A DNA stretch of 64,000 nucleotides, from assembly GCA_030390025.1 (NCBI GenBank), contig CM059433.1, positions 14,324,001 through 14,388,000 of the forward strand. Reading direction: 5' to 3'. This document shows positions 12,111-21,999 of this stretch, one piece after another. The position numbers and the translations under genes are program-made. The notes under the pieces were generated by a model, which was not told the DNA's origin, searched no databases, and was given only the letters and a program-made list of their open reading frames with translations. Origin of the DNA: Squalus acanthias. Taxonomy: Eukaryota. Every line of letters starts with the position of its first letter. Position 1 is the stretch's first letter.

Positions 12111-12863
12111 ACAGTAAATTATTTACCTGTAAAGTACCATCCCTAACTCTAATCTCACCTCCCAAGATCCCTTACCTCCAGGCCCCAGCCCCGACCCCCG
12201 ATCTCCTTGGTTCCGACCTCCAGGCTCCCCAGCCCTGATTTCCCAAAAAATGGGATCTCCTGAATTGCTAGGCCGTTATCTTTAAGGGATAATTAAAAAT
12301 ATACATTTTCAATTTAAAAGGGCAGTCAATCTTAACAGCTATTTAAAAAAAATTGACAATGATTTTACTTACTGTAACCACGTTCAGGACTAATTTTTTT
12401 CCTACTCCCATTTAAAAAAAATCTATTTACGCCAGTGCAATATCAGTTCATTCAGACTATCCCAGTGGCAGATACAGAAACGACCACAATGACCTAATGG
12501 CGTCAGTTGTCCCTGTGCAGTCATGTGACCAGGGTAAGAAAGGTGTGCAAGTAAAAGTGAAAATGCAGCTCCTAAACGACAGGCTGAACAACATCTACAC
12601 AACGTTGCTAAGATCTACCAACCGTTTTTAGGAACATAGGAATTGCTCGACAAAGAAAGACCAAGGTCCATCTAGTTCGCCTTCTACCATCCTGGTGGTC
12701 ACCTGGTACAATGATAATGGAGTTGTTAACTAATCATAGCAAAATAATCTACAACAGACCCAGACATGAGGTGAGGGAAACCCCAGTAGTAGAGTTGTGG
12801 GAACTATTAACACCAGTTAACAGTGGGTTCTCATTTTCTGCATTCCACATTTACACTGAATTT

Positions 12864-13657
12864 AAGAACATAAGAACATAAGAATTAGGAGCAGGAGTAG
12901 GCCATACGGCCCTTCCAGCCTGGTCCGCCATTCAATAAGATCATGGCTGATCTTCGACCTCAATCCCACTTTCCCGCCGGATCTCCATATCCCTTGATTC
13001 CCCTAGAGTCCAAAACTCTATCTACCTCAGCCTTGAATATACTCAAAGACTCAGCATTCACAGTCCTTTGGTGTAGAGAATTCCAAAGATTCACAACCCT
13101 CTGAGTGAAGAAATTCCTCCTCATCTCAGTCCTAAATGGCCGACCCCTTATCCTGAGGCTATGCCCCCTAGTTCTGGACTCTCCAGCCAGGGAAAACAAC
13201 CTCTCAGCATCTACCCTGTCAATCCCACTCAGAATATTATATGCTTCAATGAGATCACCTCTCATTCTTCTGAACTCCAGAGAGTGTAGGCCCATTCTAC
13301 ACAATCTCTCATCATAGGACAACCCTCTCATCCCAGGGATCAACCTAGTGAACCTTTGTTGCACCGCCTCTAAGGCAAGTATATCCTTCCTCAGATAAGG
13401 AGACCAAAACTGTGCACAGTACTCCAGGTGTGGTCTCACCAAAGCCCTGTACAATTGCAGCAAGACTTCCTTACTCTTGTACTCCAACCCCTTGCAATAA
13501 AGGCCAACATGCCATTTGCCTTCCTAATTGCTTGCTGTACCTGCATGCTAACTCTGTGTTTCCTGTACGAGGACACCTAAATCTCTCTGAACATCAACAT
13601 TTAATAGTTTCTCACCATTTAAAAAATATTCTGTTTTTCTATTCCTACCAAAGTGAA
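12864..13657 (-). mobile_element. 5'-truncated CR1 LINE (3' end of ORF2 plus tail)
   Basis: ORF 12960-13487 LVRPHLEYCAQFWSP..FFTQRVVNLWN; terminal (AAGAACAT)n repeat at 12864. Confidence 0.9.
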
Positions 13658-13699
13658 TTTCTGATCTCATTCTGTCTGTCTCTACATTGCGATCAATTC

Positions 13700-14101
13700 A
13701 AAATCCTTGAGCACAGGGCTGGGAGATTGCAAACGGAGTGAATCGCAAGCAGAGTGGAGGAATTTTGTGAGCACAGAAATTCACTGGTGAGGAGGAAGGC
13801 GGTGGAGACGTCTGACTGAAAAGGAGGAGTGGAGCCACAGACCCAAGGTCTCTAAGTTGATAGACACGAGAGCGGACCTGCGGGAGAGTGAGAGGAGCAG
13901 CTGCAGATAAAGGTAGGCCCAAGAGCCCGCAGGGAGCGAGGTAATTGATGTCAGCGCAAGGGAAGGAGCTGATTGGGGAGTAGTTGGTGAATTTTTTTTA
14001 AGTCTTAAGTCTATTTCTGTTAAGTTACTTAATAGTCTATTAAGTAGAGGCATGGCAAGGCACCTCGGTCCCATGGAATGCACATCTTGTGCCATGTGGG
14101 G
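13700..14101 (+). mobile_element. CR1 5' UTR plus first 16 codons of ORF1 only
   Basis: MARHLGPMECTSCAMW at 14052 matches MAGQLGSMECSSCAMW at 2316; shares an 18-bp UTR motif; ends at a (GA)n run. Confidence 0.75.
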
Positions 14102-14136
<35 letters not shown>

Positions 14137-14207
14137 CATCGAGGGCCTCTCAAGGCCAGCCAGTCTCTGAAGACAATGCAGCAGCATCAGAGGCGACTTT
14201 CACACTT

Positions 14208-14308
14208 AATACTACTACCCCATCACAATACTACTACTACCCCATCACAATACTACTACTACCCCATCACAATACTACTACTACCCCATCACAATACTAC
14301 GACTACCT
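14208..14308 (+). repeat. 22-bp minisatellite (ATACTACTACTACCCCATCACA), about 4.5 copies, downstream of (GA)n at 14106-14133
   Basis: Direct inspection. Confidence 0.9.
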
Positions 14309-14329
14309 TCATCACATCTCCGTTATAAT

Positions 14330-14652
14330 AGTGGACCTGCAGCTGATAGTCAGCTATCCACTTGTGCTCCCGCCAGGTTTCACTGGAGTGTTTCACATCA
14401 GGCGTACTTCACGTCAGAAAAGGGTTAAACTAGCTAAAACGTTTCAAAATGGCATTACAGAGCCAATTTAGCGCTTGTTAAGGACTTTAATGGCCTCTCC
14501 CGCCTCTTGGAGGCGGGACGGAGTCGGGAACTCCGTGACTGATTTTGTCAAAATTGCGTGGAGGCGGGATGGAGTCGGGACCCCCGACCCTGCAACTTTA
14601 ACCCCCCACACGCCTCCAAACCCGACTCCACAGGTCATTGAAAATCCAGCCC
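14330..14652. mobile_element. Right part of a Harbinger-type MITE
   Basis: Ends GAAAATCCAGCCC (reverse complement GGGCTGGATTTTC), like the termini at 37430 and 18919; internal GGAGGCGGGA.GGAGTCGGGA repeats. Confidence 0.5.
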
Positions 14653-15264
14653 ATAGAGTACAAAAGCAAGGAAGTTATGATGAACCTTTGTAAAACACTG
14701 GTTCGGCCTCAACTGGAGTATTGTGTCCAATTCTGGTCACCGCACTTTAGGAAGGATGTGAAGGCCTTAGAGAGGGTGCAGAAAAGATTTACAAGAATGG
14801 TTCCAGGGATGAGGGACTTCAGTTACGTGGATCGACTGGAGAAGCTGGGGTTGTTCTCCTTAGAGCAGAGAAGGTTGAGAGGAGATTTGATGGAGGTGTT
14901 CAAAATCATGAGGGGTCTAGACAGAGTAGATAGAGAGCAGCTGTTCTCATTGGCGCAAGTGTCGAGAACCAGAGGACACAGATTTAAGGTGATTGGCAAA
15001 AGAACCAAAGGCAACATGAGGAAAAACTTTTTTACGCAGCGAGTGGTTAGGATCTGGAATTCATTGCCTGAAAGGGTGGTGGAGGCAGATTCAATTGTGG
15101 CTTTCAAAGGGGAATTGGATGAGTATCTAAAGGAAAAAAAATGCAGGGCTATGGGGAAAGGGTGGGGGGAGTGGGTCTAGCTGAAGTGCTCTTGCAGAGA
15201 GCCGGCACGGGCTCGACAGGCCGAATGGCCTCCTTCTGTGCTGTAACCATTCTATGATTCTATG
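14652..15264 (+). mobile_element. 5'-truncated CR1 LINE
   Basis: IEYKSKEVM..RPQLEYCVQFWSP..; tail ATTCTATGATTCTATG. Confidence 0.9.
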
Positions 15265-15442
15265 GTCTTGTCTTAAAAGATGTGCAGTCCTCCATGCATT
15301 ACTTTTCTTGGCAGGTTAGTCTTACTCATTTGATTACAAATAATTTAACAAACAGCTCTTTTTTGTTGCTATATGAACAAAAGAAGCATTTTTCAAACAT
15401 ATTTTATTTTAAAATCGTTTTATTTTAAAAAAGGTATTAACA

Positions 15443-15575
15443 GGCTCCCCTGATGACTCAGCAAGTTTCTCCAGTGATCAATTGAGCCACATTGACCAGG
15501 AAAGTCTGAGGCTGTGGTAGAAATGCTCCAATTGGTCTCAGTGCCCTTGACTTATGGAGGGGAAAATTGGCCTGA
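15443..15575 (+). mobile_element. LF-SINE-like relic
   Basis: TGAGCCACA..GACCAGGAA..CAATTGGTCTCAGTGCCC..GGAGGGGAAAA resembles the LF-SINE consensus as recalled; not computed. Confidence 0.55.
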
Positions 15576-15689
15576 TATTTTATCGTGACGCACCTTGGCA
15601 AGTTCTGTTACATAAAATGCACTCTATCAATGCAAATATAATTATCCTTACTTGCCCTCCCATTACCCTTGGCAAGTAACACAATCAAA

Positions 15690-15863
15690 ACAGATCAACT
15701 GGTTATTTATCTCCTGGCTCTTCAATGTGTCCAAATTGGCTGCAGTGTTTGCTCACAAAACAACAGTGTCTACACCTCAGACAATAATTCATTGGCTGTG
15801 AAGCGCTTTGGGACATCCTGAAAGGTGCTATATAAAGGCTATATAAATGCAAATCTTTCTTTT
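15690..15863 (+). mobile_element. Deu-type SINE 3' fragment
   Basis: Matches the 11940-12110 tail. Confidence 0.7.
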
Positions 15864-17389
15864 GTTCAGAGGAGAACTGTGTAAGTGAGGACTGGATTGG
15901 GTTTAGCTGTGCTACCTCATGAGCAACACCACAAGACATCTGCTAGTATATACATGGCTGTGTTTCTGGGCAGTTTTATAGCATTAAAGAGAGAAAAATA
16001 AGGTGATATATCTTAGTGCCTTAAACCTGCCCCAACAATTGGCTACTGGAATCTTACTCCCAGAAAACTGCCATTCACTGTTACTGTTTACCTTAAACCC
16101 ACCCTGGCGCACGTAAATAGCTGTGAGTGGGCCAGGATAAGATGTCCCCTCAATTACCCCCAATCCTAACTCGATACTGGGAAGCACACCGCTATAAAGG
16201 TGGTGATAGACACAGCAGAGTGCTATCCCTGAGGCAGATTCTGCATAGAGGAGGCCATTGCTGAAGAACTTTCATGCATATTTCTGAAGATTTATTTGTT
16301 TGGGATCAGGAGCTTCACTGAAGAGTTTGCCTGCTACTTACAAAGTGTCTTCTGGGGAAATTTAAAATTTGGAGCGGAGGGAGGGATTTCCCTATGGGAA
16401 TCTCTCTCTGTCCTATGTTACGAAAAGGAGATGAATGAGGAAATGGAAGAAATTAAATTGGAGGAACATTGAGTGAGTCATCAAAGGATATACTTATTTC
16501 CAACACCTTGATACCCACTCCACTGGTTTAGAAACCTTAGCAGCCCAGTGAGAAATAAGTCTGTTACACATTACATTTTAGTCATGAAGCTCCTGCCATC
16601 ATGTGGGGCAGGCTTGATGGACCAGCTGGTCTTTTCCTGTCCATCAATTTTGTATGTTCATATCTTTTAATTATAGAAAAGGGTGTTGATCCCGCTCCCT
16701 TACCACTTTGTGGGTGAAGGCACTGCCCAGCCTGGGATTTCCAAATCTGCACTTTAGACGGGTGAACTCCCTGCCGACACCACAAAGTTGGAAAATTACC
16801 CCTTAAATCTTATCCTGCACTGGTAAACCTGAGCAGCTTGGCTTTAGAAAGTGACGTATTTCACAGGGAAAAGCATCTGCTGCCAAAACAGTCACAGTGA
16901 TAAAGTGATCCTCTGCTAACAATTTGACAAAATAAATGTACTGACTGATTTAGACTTACTTTGCAGGAAAGTGCTACAGCTCTGCTCTAATCAATTGACA
17001 ATCCTGAATGGAATCTCAATCCTTCTAAAATAACTTGTGAAACGCGGTTTGGGCCCTTGAGCCTAATGTTGCTGTCATCTCTTATTTCGGTGCAAAAGGT
17101 AGACTTGAGTAAAAATTGGTTTAATGTCGGAAGAAAGCGCCAACGGCTGATTCATCCACATTTAACTCTGCTGTGAGGATTTGTAGCCCTCCAAGATCGA
17201 GAAATAAATAAATGTTCACTCCTTAAGCCCATATTAAAGGCCATTACTGACAAACTCCTGCAGCATTCCACACCTCTAGAGTCATTTTTGTCCTGGCGTT
17301 AGTGAGCTTAATGAAGGGACAGATTGTGAAGGAGCTTTCTGTCCAGGAGCATTGGTAAAGGCAGATATATTGCAATTGGCTATAGTTCG

Positions 17390-17520
17390 GCTTCCTAATT
17401 CTGCTCATTGTCCAGTGACCCTCCTACTGCTTATGGATGTTCAGCGATGACAGGGTCAAGTTGGCTGTGGTATTATCCCACATCAATAGGCTGCCAACTC
17501 TCGCTGTCTAAGGTCATACC
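17390..17520 (+). mobile_element. LF-SINE-like relic
   Basis: TGTCCAGTGACCC..GATGACAGG..GGCTGTG..AATAGGCTGCCAACTCTCGCTGTC; recalled similarity only. Confidence 0.45.
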
Positions 17521-17920
17521 TTTTTTTATTATTCGTTTATGGGATCTGGGCATCGCTCGCAATGCCAGCATTTATTGCCCATCCCTAGTTGCCCTTGAGA
17601 AGGTGGTGGTGAGCCGCCTTCTTGAACCGCTGCAGTCCGTGTGGTGAAGGTACTCCCACAGTGCTGTTAGGGAGGGAGTTCCAGGATTTTGACCCAGCGA
17701 CGATGAAGGATCAGCGATATACTTCTAAGTCAGGATGGTGTGTGACTTGGAGAGGAACTTGGAGGTGGTGGTGTTCCCATGCACCTGCTGCCCTTGTCCT
17801 TCTAGGTGGAAGAGGTCGCAGGTTTGGGAGGTGCTGCCAAAGAAGCCTTGGCGAGTTGCTGCAGTGCATCTTGTAGATGGTACACACTGCAGCCATGGTA
17901 CGCCGGTGGTGGAGGGAGTA
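17521..17920 (-). mobile_element. 3' end of a second non-LTR family (CR1/L2 group)
   Basis: Minus ORF AVCTIYKMHCSNSPRLLWQHLPN; A-rich tail on the minus strand; homologous to 41264-41500. Confidence 0.75.
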
Positions 17921-18918
17921 AATATACCTGAAAAATTAGCATTCAGGTAAGGTACTGGATGGCAATTGGGGCCCGTGGTGTCATATTTGAGCTAAGCACC
18001 TTCAGAGATAGGGGAGCAAGTTGGGAGAGGGAAAGGGGAAGAGAATATATGATTAAAAGTAGCAGTACTGATTCTGATCATTGCTCTCATGCCGTGTCGC
18101 ATTAGAGCAGTGGAACCATTTTCGTCCAATGAACAACAATAAAGATAAAAAGAAAAACAAATGCAGATAACATAGAATGGCCTGGAGTTTCCGCTCGGTT
18201 GCGCAAGTATTTTCAGCGTAATTTGGCCGAAATCGGCATAACTGATGCAAAAGGTTGAGGAATCTTAAGCGCAAATTTCGTCCAACACAAATTGAGTTTC
18301 CGCAATCTTCTGCGCTGGTTTAAAAAACATTGCGCTGGTAGTACTTTTTAATTGGTTCAATTTTTTTTTTACATGGATTGCAAAGCAGAGCAACCATATC
18401 TAATTTAAGATGCACAACAATTGTTCTCAATAAATTATCTTTGCCATAATATCTGAAGGACAAATTGATGTTGTCAACACTACTGCATGCCTTTGACATT
18501 CATGAGGTGAATGGGTTTGATTTATTGACATACAAGGTTGAAATACAAAGGCAAATGTATAATATAAATACCAGTTATGTGTTATATTATAAATACCAGC
18601 AGAGAACCTAAAATAAACCATCACTCTTTCTGTATTCTAATTTAGGGGATTCTTTCACTGGGGCTCATGGAATCTGACCATGTAGTTTATCCTATATAAG
18701 AGGATTGGAATAATGCTGGTATGTTCTCTTGTATACGGAATGATATGAGTAATGTATGCTATGTACAGTATCTGAGAAATAAACAGTTCATACCAGTTGG
18801 TGCAGGATTTAATGGATATTTGAATTATACTCGGCTAACTCCCAACTACATCTAAGCGACCATCATGGTTGTAAGCCTAGAAATTACTATTGGTAATATT
18901 AGGAAACAAATAATTAAC

Positions 18919-19882
18919 GGGCTAGATTTTGACACCTTCCGCTTGGCGGACATGTGGTGGTAGCATCTTGAAAATGGTGGGGAGAAGCTTGCCGCCCCCT
19001 CTCCCGCTGTCACTGTTGCCGTCTCCATCTTGCGGGGGTCCTACAAATCGGCGGCCCAGGCAGTCGCCTGAAGAGGGTGCACAAGTAATTTAATTGGGGA
19101 TCTGTCTTTCGGATGAGCCGTTAAACCGAGGCCCCATCTGCTCTCTCAGGTGCACGTAAAAAGATCCCATGGCACTATTTCGAAGAAGAGCAGGGGGGGA
19201 CTTATCCCCAGTGTCCTGGGGCCAATATTTATCCCTCAACCAACATAACAAAAACAGTTTACCTGGTCATTATCACATTGCTGTTTGTGGGACCTTGCTG
19301 TGTGCAAATTGGCTGCCGCGTTACCCACATTACAACAGTGACTACACTCCAAAAAGTACTTAATTGGCTGTAAAGCGCTTTGAGACGTCCGGTGGTCGTG
19401 GAAGACGCTATATAAATGCAAGTCTTTCTTTCTTTCCTATGACATCAATAGAACCTCGATGCTTTTTTAGGACTGAACCGGGCAGGTATGCAGCGTGCAC
19501 GCTTCACTGAGTATCAGCTGGCGACTGAGCGATAGAGGAGCAGTCAGGGTCAGAAGTGCGCCCCAAGGCTCCACAAAACCAGCTAGGGCCGCTGCCGCTC
19601 CAGCTGTCCACCCCCCGTCCCTCCCCTCCCCTCCCCCCAGCCACCCCACCCACCATGGACCTATCTTCTTTCAGCCCGGAGGCTGGCCGGGGCTGCCCGA
19701 TATTGCAGCAACCCAGAGCTGGAGGGCTGCCCTGGGCCGCTCGATTTGTGTCTACAGCCCATCGCACTGATGCTAATGAGGCCCAACCCTCAACGGACTT
19801 GGCCTCCTACTGCAACTATCGGGTGGCTGGCCGTGCTTCACCAGTCAGCTGCCTAAAGTCCACTCGGGGAGAATTCTACCTC
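18919..19882. mobile_element. Harbinger-type MITE interrupted by a SINE
   Basis: Termini GGGCTAGATTTT and GAATTCTACCTC, 3-bp TSD AAC/AAC. Confidence 0.65.
19103..19436 (+). mobile_element. 5'-truncated Deu-type SINE
   Basis: Clear match to 11795-12110; (TTTC)n tail. Confidence 0.88.
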
Positions 19883-20211
19883 AACATGTTCGCATAACAC
19901 TCGTCTGTTTACCATTTGACTGCAAGCATTAACCAATTTATTTAAAGTGGGTTAACACCTTTGATAAAATAGCGGGTAGAGCAATTTCATACGAATGACT
20001 ATTATCATCAACAGTAATTTGGCCGTAATAACTTTCTTTTTCAATCATGTTTTCACCCCTGTGAAGGGAACATTTTTTTCCAGTGATCTCAAACTTTCTG
20101 ATCAGACCATGTAATAATTCTGTTGAAAGCAAACAAAGTATAAGGTTCAAAGTTCTACAGTAGGTTACAGATGAAGAGTTCCCCCGATAGTTTGTTGAAT
20201 AAATTCAGCAC

Positions 20212-20392
20212 ACCTGGAAGGTCTCCGGTTCATTCTACAGTCTGTGCTGTGTTAGCTGTTTTCAGTGTTCCAGCTGAAAGTGCATCTGTGGATGTCAGGT
20301 GATGATGGGATGTATATACGTGACACTCGCTATCCAGTCTTGCACATGAGCAATGGCCACTTGGGTGAGTTACCAGAGAGCTGCCAATGTCA
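20212..20392 (+). mobile_element. LF-SINE-like relic with internal deletions
   Basis: CCTGGAAGGTCTCCGGTTC..GTCTGTGCTGTGTTAGCTG..ATGGCCACTTGGGTGAGTTACCAGAG; recalled similarity. Confidence 0.55.
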
Positions 20393-21857
20393 TAAAATAA
20401 ATCCACCCCTTACTGGCACTGAGGGCTGTATTCTGGCTCAGAGACTCTCTATAACGCCACCTCCTCCTGTAACAGACCCACTCTAATCATAGGAACAGGT
20501 TTGCATGGTAATATGATCACGATTGATTAACTAATGAATTCATTAATTGTAAATTAAATTATGCTCTTTTTCCCCATTGTAGATAGGCATAAACGCACAT
20601 TAAGTTGTGTGATATCTTGAGGCACAGCATACATATACAACAGCACAACATGGATTCCGGTAAGAACTGTACTGCATATGGCTTTATTATTATATACATC
20701 AGTAGTCCACCAGGAGGCTCTATTTAACTTCTTCAATAAGGAGGGAGAAGTGTATCATAGCAAATAATCATCGTACATGACTTGCATGGTGTACACAACT
20801 CTTGGTATACATTTTTCAAATGGAACCCATTTTATGTTTCCAAATACTACGATAAAATTCTGTAACACAAACAAAAGCTATGACCTAATTTTGCATATTT
20901 ACAGATTCAACTTAACCACTGGTTTTCTGTTTCGAAGAGGATACCTTCTTTCTTGAAAAGAACTTTCAGATCTTGTTGTAGGACTTTGACTCATTCTAGG
21001 CTGAGCCTGTGGAGAATTTTTCTCCCAGGGCTGACCTTGATCTACATTTGGACTCTCTTCACTTTCAGACTGTTTGTCTGCCTGACTCGGGCTCAGACTT
21101 AAATTCTGACTTTGTCTTGGACTTGTTTCTGGTGCGTCTGATGTAGGATTTGCTACTGGTACTCTAATTGTAACAAGACTATCTGACTCATCAGAATAAA
21201 TTGAATCATCCCAGCTGTCAACTGCTTCTACATCTGTAGGTAAGATATGATCAATGTGAACAAACCTAACCTTTCCATGATCAAACATCTTGACCAAATA
21301 TGTGCGAGGGCCACATATCTTCACTGCTCTTCCTGGTAACCACTTTAACCATTTATGGTGATGGTTCTTCACTCTAACCTTCTGGTTCAACTTCACACTT
21401 CTCTCTCTAACTCTACCTTTATCATGACTCTCTTTCTGCCTTGATTGTTTCTTTTCTACGGACTGTGCCAAGTTTGGCTTTAACAACGAGAACCTGGTTC
21501 ATGGCTGTCGTTTGAGAAACAGCTCTGCTGGTTTTCTACCAGTAGTGGTATGGGGAGTATTCCAATAGGTAATCAGAAAATTTGCCAGTTTGTGGTCTAA
21601 CGACAACTGACGTTTCTTTGAATTTGGATCCAACATTTGCTTGAAGAGGGCCCGTTTGACAAGTTGTACTGTGCGCTCTGCTGCACCATTTGAAGCAGGG
21701 TGGTACGGTGGAACTTTGGTATGTTTCACACTGATTCTGCTCATGAACTGTGTGAACTCTTCTGAACAAGATGTGGAGATGCCGGCGTTGGACTAGGGTG
21801 GACAAAAATGAGAAGTCGCACAACACCAGGTTATAGTCCAACAGATTTATTTAAAAT

Positions 21858-21893
21858 TACAAGCTTTCGGAGCTGTCGCCCCTTCCTCAGGTA
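21858..21893 (-). ncRNA. Second identical hammerhead ribozyme motif on the opposite strand
   Basis: Exact reverse complement of 21964-21999. Confidence 0.65.
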
Positions 21894-21963
21894 GAGTTAC
21901 TGTGACTTTAAAATTACAAGCTTTCGGAGCTGTGAATTCTGGTAGATTGTCTCACAGTAACTC

Positions 21964-21999
21964 TACCTGAGGAAGGGGCGACAGCTCCGAAAGCTTGTA
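21964..21999 (+). ncRNA. Minimal type I hammerhead ribozyme motif
   Basis: UAC-CUGAGGA-A-GGGGC(GACA)GCUCC-GAAA-GC-UU-GUA: core CUGANGA and GAAA, stem II, palindromic stem III (AAGCUU), stem I UAC/GUA. Confidence 0.65.

Larger units (their letters stand above)
7284..12274. mobile_element. Old Harbinger-type MITE (about 430 bp net) split by two later insertions
   Basis: TIRs GGCCTAGAAATT (7284) and AATTGCTAGGCC (ends 12274); flanks ATT/GTT (3-bp TSD with one mismatch). Confidence 0.65.

Noticed and set aside
14208..14308. CRISPR-like array
   Set aside because: Head-to-tail minisatellite with no spacers, in eukaryotic DNA.
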